A stretch of DNA of 64,000 bases. It comes from Amphiscolops sp. MND2022. Lineage: Eukaryota. Under the pieces are notes generated by a model that saw nothing but the letters and a program-made list of their open reading frames with translations, was not told where the DNA came from and searched no databases. Positions 19,092 through 31,630 of this stretch are shown piece after piece. The first letter of the stretch is position 1, and the number at the start of each line of letters is the position of its first letter. Where the stretch lies: assembly GCA_964187785.1 (NCBI GenBank), contig OZ076415.1:33480001-33544000 (forward strand), written 5' to 3'. A program made the position numbers and the translations under genes.

Positions 19092-20249
19092 ATCAAGAAT
19101 CTTTTGATATGAGGAGTAAAACGAATGTGTTCATCATGAATATCAATCAATTAACCATAATCATCTTCGAACCAGAATTCGAGGAAATCAAAGTTTTCCT
19201 AAATATTATGTTTGTGTAAAACTATGGTGCGTTCACGAACCGTTTTTGCATCAGGAGGTTCATTTAAATTAATCAGAAACATTTTATTCGAAGGATGACT
19301 TTTTCGGGAAGATTCTATAATAGCATCAGAAGATATATGAATTCTACCAAGGTTAATAATGTTACTGTTTTGTCGAGAATAGTTTAAACCTCAGTAATAG
19401 ATAGGGCAACCGCGATTTGCCCTTTATTTTTTAAAATTTTGCCCTTTATTTGCCGCCCTTTATTTTAAAATTTGCCCCTTATTTGCCCTTTATCGGCACG
19501 CGTTTGAAAGCGAGAATTTAACAAAAAAGTCAAATTCGTTTATTAAAGTGAAATGTTACAATAAATGCAAATGTAATTCTCCAAATTTGTAACATCAAAA
19601 TTACGGTCCTTGGCTAGCATCTTGTTGAGTTTGCTAAATGGTTATTTCTGAGAAATTCCTGTACACAAACTCGTACGACTCGTATTTCTCAGAAAAGGGG
19701 TGATTATTTTCGAAAAAGTACAAGATTCGATATATTTTGCCTTTTTTGCCTTCTATTAAACTTTTTGCCCCTAACCCACATTTGTGCCCATTTGGCCCTT
19801 ATTGCCCTTTTGCCCTTTTTGGTTGCCCTAGTAATAGATTATCTCAGAGTTGAAATCCAATATGACTCTGTGTGTTTTGTTCTCAAGTTGAATTCCAAAG
19901 TGTCACCAAATAAAAGTTACCAATGCTGTGCAGTGTCCTTTCGTTAGCTGGTATTCGTATCGTTGATTTTGTGGAATCGTTCAAAGGAAGACTACTTGAC
20001 AATTGTCTGTATATTTGTTCATTTTTTGTGTGATTTTATTTGCTCCCTATGTCAGTGATGATACATGATTTAGTTTCACCCCAGTAATGGAGCATATTTG
20101 TTTTACTGGTTGAGTTTCATTTAGAGTTATATGTGGTAACAAATAGTTACTCCCATTTCATAACTTCCATCTGAAAGGTCGATAGAATCGTTTAAAGGCA
20201 TTTTGCACAAGTTTTCTCTAAATTTTACTTCCATTGCTATTTGGAACAT
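19092..20249 (-). pseudogene. Maverick minor capsid (penton), split by a hAT MITE
   Basis: N-terminus MPLNDSIDLSDGSYEMGV; C-terminus NIINLGRIHISSDAII..NLNEPPDAKTVRE..LEFWFEDDYG*LIDIHDEHIRFTPHIKR fits the penton end pattern. Confidence 0.75.
19402..19830. mobile_element. hAT-type MITE (429 bp)
   Basis: TIR TAGGGCAACC / GGTTGCCCTA; exact 8-bp TSD GTAATAGA (19394-19401, 19831-19838); subterminal TTGCCCT repeats. Confidence 0.92.
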
Positions 20250-20299
20250 TTGTCGTGTATTTTTTGTCCATTAGTTATTAATATTTTTCTTCTATTAGT

Positions 20300-20520
20300 T
20301 TATTGTTTATATTCATAGACGGTCAAAATTGTTCCGTATTTATTTCAGTTTGATTTGAGCGCTCTTTCAGAAAAAAAGCCTCTGGTTCATTGATTGAGAT
20401 TTTGATTCCGGCAAAAACATCACCTTTTAAATTTTCTGGTCGTTCAACTAAAACATTGGGGTCGATTCAAAGAAATACGAAAAGAGTTTCGTTTCGTTCT
20501 AATTTATTTTCCTCCAAGTA
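20300..20520 (-). pseudogene. Maverick PZ-like conserved C-terminal motif
   Basis: IDPNVLVERPENLKGDVFAG resembles DPNELVERL.LL...AGN; located just upstream of the penton. Confidence 0.45.
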
Positions 20521-21186
20521 GACTGTAGACGAAGTAAACTCGATTTACTATATAATCTCAATCTTCCAGCATTTTGCATAAACAAAAAGAGAGCTTTTTT
20601 GTTTTTCTCCAAACAAATTTTCTCCAATAACACTTATGGATAGTTTGAAAAATTATGATGTCACTTCAGATGATGCTGTCATCTGCTAATTGGATTTCAT
20701 CATCAGTGATCAGTGACTTCGAAAGGTCTATCATTTTTGTTATAGTTAATTATATAAGATGATGTGGATTGAGAACTTTGTGATGATATTATTCTGGTTA
20801 AGTAATAACTGCGATAGTAATTTTGTTGCTTATTGGTTGGGTACTTGAATCTAGGATATCATCTTCTATTGGTAAAGGAGTAGCAACGTCTGGCTCCTGC
20901 TCCTAATTGGCGAGCGGGATTAGCGAAAGTATCCACTACGTTAGAATGGTTTTCTTTAATGACATTTGTTTGTTTTTCTTTCTGATATTTTGTTTTTCAG
21001 GCATATTCTAATGTTTTCTTTTGAGTTTTCCCATTCAAATGTAGATTTTTAGATCTTCTTCTGTTTCACTAGATAATTTACGTTTTATTGAGCCTTTACA
21101 CAGTTGGGTGTAAAATATCGCAGATAAAAATCTGGAGTATGATTATTTAGAATCAAATTAGGTGTCTTTAAATCAATATTAGATGT

Positions 21187-22766
21187 TTAGTTGATTGGAT
21201 TACTCGCTGGAATATAAAGCGGATCAAGGTTCAATATTTATTTCCCTTTTCTGATTTTTGTAAGATCGAAAGTTATATTATGATAATCTGTTGCCCAAAC
21301 ATCATGACGAAAATTTTGAACACTTCAATTGTCATATCGGTGCTAGCTAATTGTCTTTGGATGCAATCCACATAGGAAACCCGGGTTTCCCTCCCATACA
21401 AAAACTGGTCAATCATACTCTGCCATCATACTCACAGTATGATTTCAGGCTGATCATACTCTGGACCATAATGGTTTATGGTTCCAGGCTGACCATACTC
21501 TGGACATATATGGTCCAGTCTATGATCAGCCTGGAACCATAAAAAAGCAAAGTGTATGGTTCCAGCCTGACCATATTCTGGGCCATATATGGTTCAGTCT
21601 ATGATCAGCCTGGAACCATAAACCTTTATGGCCCAGAGTATGGTCAGCCTGGAGCCATAAAAAGAAAATTAGGATAATGTAGTCAATTAACACGTACACT
21701 GATGAAATTACAAGATATTCCTCAACCAAAGGTCCAATACAATCACCAAATTGAAAACAAGGTAGCAATCATCAATTTTGGGCATCTTTTGCTGAATTAT
21801 TGGTAATTTTTCTAGAAATAATCGAAAATCATACTGCAAAGTGGGTACTGCTATAACAAAAGAGTTAGTTATTAACAAATGACTGGTTGAGAACAAATTG
21901 AGTTACTATAGTTTGTTTTTAACTCCGCTTAGAGCTTAACGGAGTTCTGACCTGCAATGTATCGTTCGCAGATACAAAAGGTCGAATGTGGCTCCACTGC
22001 CTTCAGCCTATAAAGCTGGCTGTTCTCAATATTTGAAAATTTTTGTTTGAAAATTGAAAATATATAAATTTTAAAAAATTATGATTCCAGGCTGGCCATA
22101 CTCTGAACCATATATGATTCCAGGCCGATCATATATGATTCCAGGCCGATCATACTCTGGACCATATATGATTCCAGGCCGATCATAGCAAGATCTAAGT
22201 AAGGAAATTTGTATGATTTCTATGGTGCTATAATATGGTCAGATTATGATCGGCCTGGTCGGGAAACCCGGGAAAACTCCTAGTCAAATTGGATGAATGG
22301 CTGATGAGTTTTCTCGAAATGTATCTTTTGGTAATTCGTAGAAACCATATGTAAAAACAAAAACACAAAAGTTATTATGGCGACCTGTTTTGAACTGCAT
22401 CAGTACTCCTTCATCATTCAGTTGTTCTTTGGTTCGATCATCGAGTAAAATCATTTTATGTTTATCGATAATCTTGTAGATTCTTTAGTTCATCAAAGTT
22501 TCAGCAGTGTTTCTGTCAGAATTTCATATATAATGTTTGGTGGTAAAAAAAACTTTGTCAGCATTTTACAATTTCGTGACAAGGTTCTTGATGAATTGTA
22601 TGAGAAGACATATAAATTTTGTCAAACTCATTATTAACTTCAAATATTATTTCGAAAAGCAAAGTTGACTTTCCGCTAGCACTTTTACCTGATATTATTC
22701 ATCTAATTGATGATTTGGTAGAAAATGTCCATTTAGGTTTTAAAACTTTGAACAACTTTTCTATAA
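21187..22766 (-). pseudogene. Maverick A32/FtsK-like packaging ATPase, split by an insertion
   Basis: IISGKSASGKSTLL (Walker A), FDKIY, ILLDD (Walker B), FKTGRHNN, FYELPKDTFREN; after the insertion LASTDMTIEVFK..ITFDLTK..LNLDPLYIP. Confidence 0.88.
21380..22272. mobile_element. Non-autonomous DNA transposon, CMC/EnSpm-like
   Basis: TIR CCCGGGTTTCCC / GGGAAACCCGGG; AA(A) on both flanks; subterminal arrays of GATCATACTCTGGACCATATATG(G/A)TTCCAGGC in both orientations. Confidence 0.75.
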
Positions 22767-22846
22767 CACTGCAAAAAATACACGTATACGGAACCAAACA
22801 TGGATACAATACACACTCATGGTTCAGGCGACTCAACGGAACCTAC

Positions 22847-25800
22847 TGTGACATGCAAAGGTCACACTCCCACAAAAAAGAGCAATTATAGCGTTGTTGA
22901 CTAACAAACTCAGAAGTACTTCAAATAGTCTGCTCTTTTTATGTTACAGTTCGCTATTACTTGACTGATTATAGATACAAAGTTAAAAGAGTACAGTTAA
23001 AGATTCGTGATACATCAATTGTCTCAACGTAGATTTAGCAATCTCAACATGGCGCAATCAGCAAGTTTTACTTTTTAACCCCAATCTTCTGACTTTTTAC
23101 CCTGAAACAAAAATTTCACAGACAAAACAATCAACAATGACAACTGCTAACAATAATATCCAACTACCGTACCGGATTGGACGGCAAGAAATGGAATCCG
23201 GCACTACATCAAAAAAGTCCACGATGTCAAGATCAAACGAACACTGTTGGGAAAAGCTGTACCCAGTGGTAAAAATGCAATGAAAATGAACCCGAAATCC
23301 GACAAGATCATCTGGGTCGCCAAACAATCAGCAATCGAGATAAGATAATCACAAAAGGTAAGTTCAACACGGACCCAGACAACATCAAGGTATTACAATT
23401 ATTCCGGCAACACTCTTTGCCCACTAGAGATACATACAAGCGCCGTGGAGATTTCTTTCGAGAGAAACAAGAAGAAAACGAAGCACCAGAGGAACACTAA
23501 AAAATGCTAATAACACTGAGAAAGAACTACAACTTCAAAGAAATAAAACAAGAGGATCTACTGCTATCAAAGTTCATAACCAGTAATACCAACAAAATTA
23601 CGAGAAAAACTACTACGCCAAAAAATTGAACAACAAAACAACTATAGAACTGATAACTCAAAACAGCTATGATCGACGACATGAACAATCCACGATACCC
23701 CTGCAGTAGCAAAAGACAAACAAAACCAAACAGTAACCGCTCCGAAAAATACAAAGGAGTCCAAACTGAGGCTATCCCCCCAAAAAAAAAACAAAATTAA
23801 TAACTACGGAAGTATGACACAAAAGAAAAGCAACTGTTGATTCCGCGGCCAGCAGAACTGGACCTCGAAAACATATGTCCGGCAAACGCTATGAAGTGCA
23901 ACAACTGTCAGACAATAGGACATTTCGCCAGGGTGTGTCGCAGCAAACAAAACAACAACGGCTCAAGAAGAATGAACTACACGGAAGATGCAAATTCAAA
24001 ATGATAAGAGGAAAGTGAGCCCAAAAATATCTGTCACATCCCACTATTAATTAAAGCATCACCAGATAACAATGATAACTGCGGCGTCGAAGTGGAAAAA
24101 AATGAAAAGAAACAGAAATTCAACATCAACACCGGCTATCCGGTTATGCCATGCACCCGAAACCTTAACAACACCAAAGACATCCAAATACTGAGAGAAA
24201 GATATCAAGATGTAAACCAGAACGAAAAGAAATTCTTGAACAAAAATTGGTTGAGAACGAAATACAACAACATTTCAGTGAAAATACTAGTACTAACTTT
24301 CAGAAGAAACGACATTACACCACGACTGGGTGTGCTTTGGCTGAAACAACTATCGCTTACCGTAAACAAAATCTCTTCGGACAACAGAACAGACCAACCA
24401 AAAAACTTTCATTGAAAGTTCCACAAACTTTTTCACGACAAATCACACAATCAAAAATAACGAAATGAGAATACAAAGGAACCGGGACATTCCCCAATAC
24501 AACCCCATTGAAGGCGGGACCGAAGCCGTACCATCTAAAAGACGACATAAAGAACGAGCTAGAACAACTAATTATTTCTGGACATCTGGAAAGACTGAGT
24601 ATTTTTGAAAAAGAATGTTCTGTATCTCCCGTAGTAATTACGGTGAAAAAAGACAACTTCGTCAAAATCGCACTGAACGCCCCCTGTCAACATACCTACG
24701 ACGTTTCAAGAGAAAACAGAGGGTGGACATCAAACGCCAAAGTGGCTAGACGACATAATCGTCGTAAACCGCGGCATAAAATAAGAACACACCCAATTGC
24801 TGGAAACGCTATTCACAAAACTAGCTAACAAAGGCTACAAAGGAAGCCAGAAAAATCAAAATTTTACCTAATAAAAACAATGTGACTGAAAAAAAATTGA
24901 AAAGAAAACACGGAACTGGAGAAAAATTACCGAGATTTCGTTATTACCGCCAGCATGCAACTAACCAACAGTAAATAGCCTCTTCGAGCGGATTTACAAC
25001 AAATCAGTCAATTCTACAACGCATGAAACGGCAGACATGTGTGGTAAGCGACGCTCGCAAACTGATACGCGCCGCTGCAAATCAAACGGTTGTCATACCA
25101 ATTCTCAATTGACCGGATGAAGAGGATCACAGAGCGATCAAACACATCGACCTCCGCTTGAAGAGGAAAGAAGAATGTTTGGATACGTTAACCTCGGTTG
25201 AGGATAATTTAAAGGTTTCGGAGACCCAATCTCACAAAAATCGGGAAAAATTGTGGAATCATCGATGGAGACCAGTAAAAAATCCGAATCGATGGTCTCA
25301 TCTACCCTCGAAGAGCCAGTGAATCATTTCCGGTGCAAGGTTTTTGTGACGGATCATAGACGAAATTGCCGTACACTACATCCGAATCCACCGAGTCAAA
25401 GAATACAAAGTTTTAAGAAATAAGAAACAAGAAGACAACGTGAGATTGGCTGAACTGAATTTATGCTTGACTCGGAAACTGACCAGTCTAAAAAATACCA
25501 TTTTAGTCGACCTCAAAGACCTCTCTGTTTTCATGACTCGGAACTTCACCGATGAGGTCACGGACCCCTTGCTGATGTCCAAGAAAAAAACAAGCCTCCT
25601 GAAATACACACGGGGATGACATTATCCCAAACGAAAATTTGCCTAGTACTGAAAGTACAAACAAAGTAACAACTATCCACTTACCTTTCTTGGAAAACCT
25701 AAAATGAGTGTTCCCTGGGTAGCAAATTTGACAAGAAACAGTAAGAAGCGGGAATTGATCATGCGAGACGATGGACCTGGACGTAAGCATCATCTGGGAT

Positions 25801-26425
25801 GATGATTCCAACTGCTACAACACCAGCAAGAGAAGACCAGTTCACATGAATATAGAAGCTGAACTGCAAATCCACCAAAAAGAAACTTACCTTATTCTCG
25901 AATCAGGTATAAACTACAATAAAACACCAATTGAACAGACTGTATCCGTAAGAAAGTCAAACAGTTTACCATTTGCGAGACAGATCGAAAAACTAGAGAG
26001 TGTCTCGTACTTTACAAAAAATGATAAGAAGAAAACAAAAATCTACGGGTGATTTATTACAGGAAAACCAGAACAGACCACAGAAGGACAGTGAGGAGAA
26101 AGAAAATCGTCATATGCGGACAATCTCCAGCAAATACAGAGTCAACCGTGAACTACGGAACTCTCACTATCATACACCTTACATCGTCCATTATGCGAGG
26201 AGGAGGGGATCGTGACATGCGAAAGTTACGCTACCACAAAGAACAGCAATTATGGAGTTGTTAGCTGAGAAACTCAGAATGATTCTAATTAGACTGCTCT
26301 GTTTATGTTCAGGTATTGTACTATGTTCGTCATTATCTGACCCATTATAGATACAAAGTTAAAAGAATACAGTTAAAGATTCGTGATACATCAATTGTTT
26401 TTACGTAGATCTAGCAATCTTAACA
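22847..26425 (+). mobile_element. Old, internally deleted Mag-like gypsy element
   Basis: Diverged LTRs at 22847-23049 and 26211-26425; PBS TGGCGCAATC at 23050; PPT GAGGAGGAGGGGA; TSD CCTAC/CTTAC; knuckle CNNCQTIGHFARVC; RT fragment SPVVITVKKD. Confidence 0.8.
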
Positions 26426-27177
26426 CTTACTTTGCTGAATTACGCAGAAGTATCTCACTGTCCCGGATAACAAGACGACACTGGCATGTTACTCCCCATT
26501 GGTTATCGCCAATAAGAAGGTGGTGGGAATGATGCAATAGAGCTGAAATAAATGCAATCAATGAGCCTCATGCTACACCATTACCTGCCATTTTGTTGGT
26601 TTTTCATACATGTTTGGAATACTCAATGTAAACGTTAGTTGGACGAAAACATGTATCATGTTACATTCTTTCATCGTGAGAGATGAAACCAGAAACCTTG
26701 GTATTTTCCGCCCACATATAATGGGGAAGGAAGATCATAATCTGTTTTGCGTTTTTCTCCCAAATTTTCCCAAATCTCCACTTTGTTACTCCATTTAGTA
26801 AATTCTAGTCACCATGGCGCAGTAGGTTCGAACCCGTGCTGATGCGTTACATTTTTAGCGGAAAGTATCCCGGTGATTAGCGGGCGTCTTGTTAACTGTG
26901 GAATGTTTTTTCACCTCGGCTAATAATCATCGTGCACGGGTTTTTCAATTTGGAACCTGAATTTGGAAACGAAATGAATCTCTTCGTTTCATAAGCGGTG
27001 AGAACCACGAAGATTGTGGCCATAAACTTTTGTCTTATTTTCCGTTCAAGACTTATAGCCATTCTTCAAGTTGATGAAAGTGTTTCAAGGCAATTTTTGA
27101 TCTGCACTTTGAAATGAATCGCTTTTTGACTAAACTTTCCTTCCACCCATGTTTTATACGAAAACAATCGACGAATA

Positions 27178-29315
27178 ACAATACTTCGCCTTCTTTGTTT
27201 TAGTTTACTATCTCCGCAATATTTTCCACTAAGTTCTCCAAATTGGGCATTCGGTGTTTACTTTTCAGAATGGCATTATTCAGCGATCTGGCATCTAGCG
27301 CAATCTTGACACTTCTGTCTTTTTTGAACGTGATTACCACTGGTTGGATGATCATTTCGTCAGATATTTTGTCGACTCTTCTGATGTGTCCTGCTTCTAG
27401 TAGACTCTAGATTTCTGCGTCCACTGCCTTCTGGAGTTGAAGCAGTACTCGGCGTCCCTTTTGTTGAGTTATCTTCGCCCCTTCTTTAAATTCAATTTTT
27501 ATGTTATGACCTGAAATTTTTCCTTGCCTTTCGAAGAGTTTTGGAAATTTGTTTTTCATTTGTTTTAGTTCTGGTGATAATTCAACGTGATTTACATGAT
27601 TTAAAATGTTGTTTTACTCACTTTCTGGTTTTGCTTCTGCTACATGAAAGTTTAGTTGTGTTAGCCAGTGGCGACCAATCAAAGACCTTTTCCCGTCTCT
27701 TGCAATTACCAGCCTTGCTTTCTTGAAGTTTCGTTTCCCCACCTGCACGTCAACTGTAAAGAAACCAAGTAAGTTTAACGGTTTTCCGTTATAATCTACA
27801 AATTGTTCATTTTTCGATAGGGGCCTGGTAAAAACCAAATCTGACTTTAATATGTTGCGTAAGTCTTCTTTTGTAAAGATCTTAGTTGGTGATCCCGAAT
27901 CGATCATAGTTGAAAATGGCTGTTTGTTTATTTTGCCTTTCAACATGATAGGCGGCGTGCCACATTTGTGCGTGGGTTTCTTCTGCGGCCATCTATCGCG
28001 TACACTGTTTCTTTTTAGTCGGCGCTTTTCTAGGGAAAAGTGCCCGACTCCTACAGTGGCTAGTTTTTTTTTTCGTCAGACTACAATCTCACTCTGATTG
28101 GGCTACTTTTCTTACAATCGAAACTACTAAAACTTCTAGCATAAGAGGCCAAGTCCGGTCAGCGGAAATTAGTGCAAAAGGGTCCCCCCTTTCATTTTTT
28201 ACCTTTTTTACGTAACCTACAAAACCGGAAGAGACCAAAGGGTCCCCCCTTTCAATTTTTTTCGGCACTGTGCAAAATTTTTTCGAAAATTTTTTAAGGT
28301 CTCAAAAGAGTCCCCCCTTTGAGTTTTTTGATATTTTGCAACAAAATGTATGTTAATAAATCCCAAAGGGTCCCCCCTTTTCATTTTTCGGCACTATGCG
28401 ACATTTTCGAAGTTTTTTCAAAAAAAAAATTTCCAAAAAATTTTCAAATTTTATTTTGTTCCCAGTCGGGAAACAGTGATTTTCCAGTCATATAGAGCAT
28501 GAAAGGCACACTTTGGGTGTCTCCAAAGTGTTTTCAAAGCTTTTCATGAATACGTCCTGAGCATATTTAGAAAACTTTGCGCTTCTTGAGCCTTAGATAT
28601 AGCGCCGACTTTAGACGTTCCCGTCTTGTTTTTTTGTACTGCCACCCGTGTAGTTTTGTTGTTGTGCAATTCCTTCTCCAAAGGTAATAGCGAATCGTAA
28701 CGCTTCCTGCGGTTGATTTTTCGGATCAGTGCACAAGCGTTCTTGCACTGTTTTATTGTGCATGTTTTGAATGAATGCGTCCATGATCAATCCTTCCGTC
28801 TGTTGATCAAATTCACAACGTGCTGCTAGGCCTGTCAGTGCGTTCCAGAACTGTCGAAGTGACTCATTAGGTTGATGCTTTCGTGAAAAGAACTTGAAAC
28901 GGTCTAATGTTCTGTTTCTTGGTCTTTGGAACGTTTCCTCGCAGTTTGTTTTAATTTCATTTAGTGACGCTGTTGCAACTGTCATATTCGGATATTTGTC
29001 CGTTAGATTCTTTCGTGCAGCTGTTACCAGAGACAAGAACAAAATGCTTACTATTTTGCGTTCTGCGCGGCCTGTTCGTTGATGTTGTTCAGTAAAGCCG
29101 CCTGCCGTGGTTGGTTTTGTGTGGGTCTTCGCAGTAATTCGTGAACGGAGATAGAATGTTTGGCATTAACTGCTACTATGAAGATGTCCCACAGTTTTTT
29201 CTATTCTGTTTTAGGTGGAGTCTCGTGATGATCCCAGAATGATGGCAGTCCCGCCAGAGCTGACGGACTCCTTGATGATGTGCTTTCGTTCGCGTCATGA
29301 TGTCTCGCAGCGCCA
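27178..29315 (-). pseudogene. Truncated second internal region of the Mag-like element (gag, PR, start of RT)
   Basis: Near-copy of 32805-34579, with its own PBS next to 29316, a deletion of the zinc knuckles, and an insertion at 28017-28630. Confidence 0.85.
28017..28630 (-). mobile_element. DINE-1/HINE-like non-autonomous Helentron element
   Basis: Inserted in a T run. One end reads AACAAGACGGGAACGTCTAAAGTCGGCGCT. The other is a hairpin AGTCGGCGCTTTTC-TAGG-GAAAAGTGCCCGACT that carries the complementary sub-TIR. Internal GGGTCCCCCCTTT repeats. Confidence 0.6.
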
Positions 29316-29512
29316 TGTAATAGCTATCTGTAGCTGAGATAATTACAGAACACTGGTGAACAAGCAATACTGCATTCTCGTTAGACCTTGTGGCAACTGG
29401 ACGTATTTTTATTCAAGTTTTACATGGTTTTTGTATGTAAGCAACTTGTTCAATTAATTATTTTAGACTGCTCTTTTTTTTATTGAGTTCAGCTCGAGAT
29501 TGCTCTCTCACA
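29316..29512 (-). repeat. Shared LTR (3' LTR of the right copy, 5' LTR of the left copy)
   Basis: On the minus strand it is preceded by a PPT and followed by a PBS and gag. Confidence 0.85.
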
Positions 29513-29730
29513 AGCCCCTTTTTAAAGGTAAGTTATACCGATAATAAATGTACGTAATACTGCTGATTTAACAAACAAATATGTATGTATTGGTGAGCAA
29601 CAATTGCCAGAAATGGATAATTTTGTATACAGTAAACACCGTGGAGTTTTTAAAGTTTTTGAAGTTATGATTTCTGGAAGGCTGTTTTAGTTTTCTTCAA
29701 TTGGCTGTGGTTCGTCTAGTTTTGTAATCA

Positions 29731-31230
29731 TCACATTTGTCCGAAGAAGTCTGTCTTCATTCGGTGGCTCTCTCCTCTTCGTATTTCCTTTTGTGAAGTT
29801 TGTATTGTGTCACGTCGCGGGGGCATGTCATTTTCTTGTTTGATTTTTGTGGTTTGGGCATCGTCCCGTACCATCTCCTCCTCCTCTTCGGAATCTGACA
29901 GGTTAATTGTGGATGGTGTTTCCAGAATTGGCGATAGTTTTGGTTTTATGTTCCGTTTTTGTTGTCTTCGTGCTTTTTCGTTTAGTTGTTCAATTACTGT
30001 CTTCTTCTTCTTGATTTTTGTTTTTTGTTGCGTTTCATTTGTTTTCACTATGTCTCTTTCGGTTTCTTGTTCTATTTCGTTATTCTCAATTGTTGTCTGT
30101 GGCGGTTCTGGTATGTCGTTAAAAAATGGCAGTTCTGCTGTTTTTAGTATTTCCAATAGATCTGCCATTTCGCGTTGAGTTTCCAACAATCGGCGATCGG
30201 CTTCTTTTGAGCTACATGGTTGGTCATTTTGATTTGCCAAATCTCTTTTGGAGATTACTGTCTTTTGATTGGAGACTGCGGTTAAAAAAGTGATTGTGTG
30301 CTCCGATTGGTCCATGAGTTTGCCTTTCCTCTTTTTGTATACACTTTCCAATTTGCTGCCCTTGACACGTTCTCGCACTAAACTTCTCGAGTCTTGAACT
30401 GACTCGAAGTCCGACGTTGACAGTTTAACTTCTACTGGGTCTGAAATAGTTGTTGAACGATTGATCAGTAGTTTTTTAATTGTATTTGGTTTATTTCCCA
30501 CATAACGTTCGTATGGTGATTTCATTGATTTGGACGGATACATGCGTAGTGCAAACAGAATTTCAGAGAGGCCTGTGTGATCTTTTGTTCGAACATGTTG
30601 TTTGTTAGTTCTCAACCTTTCGTTGATGGTTCGAATTAATCTTTCGATTATTTCAGTTTCCGCGGGATCTTTATTGGGGCATTCAATATGTCTGATTTGT
30701 CTATTTGCGCAAAAGGCTTTGAAGCGTTTACTACGAAAAATAGTTGCTGGATCAGTACGAATGTTTTGGGGAATTCCGTGTCTAGCTATATAATTTTTGA
30801 GAATTTCTATTACTTTTTCTGTAGTCGGTTTTCTTAGAAATTTTGCTTCTGACCACCCTGTTAAGTGGTCAACGGAAACTAAAAGGTATTGTTTTGCTTT
30901 TGGGGCGTTTTGAAATGGTCCTGCGAAATCAATCGCTATTTCTTGGATTGATTTCCGATGGTTTTGGTAGTTTTCCAAATTGTTTTTGTGTTAGAATAGG
31001 TTTAAGGCTCCTACCTGAGTATTGGCACTGGTGGCAAGTTTTAGCTAACGAGATAACCTCGCGGAGCAGTCGCGGCCACCAGATGTTTGAAACTGTGGCT
31101 AACATCGTGTCGCGGCTTGGGTGGCCGTAGTGTAACGAGCGAATATTGATTGGGCGTAATGCCTTTGGTATTACGAGTCTTTCGTCCATGGACATGAATT
31201 TGTTTTGATCCAGGCTTAGACATCTAAAAT
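29731..31230 (-). pseudogene. Integrase of the Mag-like element
   Basis: LHYGHP..WWP..C..C zinc finger; IDFAGP, VDHLTGW, TDPATIF, IERLIRT. Confidence 0.88.
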
Positions 31231-31630
31231 TCTATCTCCAAGGCGTTGGGATACTCTTAATTTTTGCGCTGTTGGGTTTTTGAATTAATGTTACTATTTT
31301 TTGGATGAATTCATCAGTTTCGTATAGGGAAGCAAGAGTATAGTTTCCCAACATGTGAAGGACTTCTATCTGATTTACGCTGTAACATATAGGCGTTTTT
31401 ATTGGTGGCTGATTTGCCGAGTAGTTGAATTCTTCACTCATCGTGTTGTTTTCACTCAAATTGTCTGTCTCACTGGATTGAACAGCGTTTACGATATCTT
31501 TGATTGTTTGTTTATTTGCTAATTCGTTCGCACTTGTCACGCCGCGCGTGCTTGGCATTGCGCTCTCGCTTGCCATTCCGCTCTCGCTTGTCATTCCGTT
31601 CTCACTTGCCATATCTTTGCGACTGTGTGA

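Larger units (their letters stand above)
1943..22766 (-). mobile_element. Decayed Maverick/Polinton (virus-like DNA transposon), heavily interrupted
   Basis: Minus-strand hand translation gives, right to left: ATPase, PZ-like motif, penton, major capsid, cysteine protease, fibre-like repeats, hydrophobic protein, integrase. All carry stops or frameshifts. About 6 kb remains after removing insertions. No pPolB or terminal inverted repeat (TIR) seen. Confidence 0.88.

Noticed and set aside
21440-22260. Repeat arrays that superficially resemble a CRISPR array
   Set aside because: No unique spacers, orientation switches within the array, bounded by a transposon TIR, eukaryotic context.
22767-22846. 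CACTGCAAAAAA, a possible CMC transposon end truncating the Maverick ATPase
   Set aside because: No matching opposite terminus found, so not listed as an element.
26810-26870. GGTTCGAACCC B-box, possible tRNA or SINE
   Set aside because: No cloverleaf or convincing A-box spacing; at most a SINE relic.
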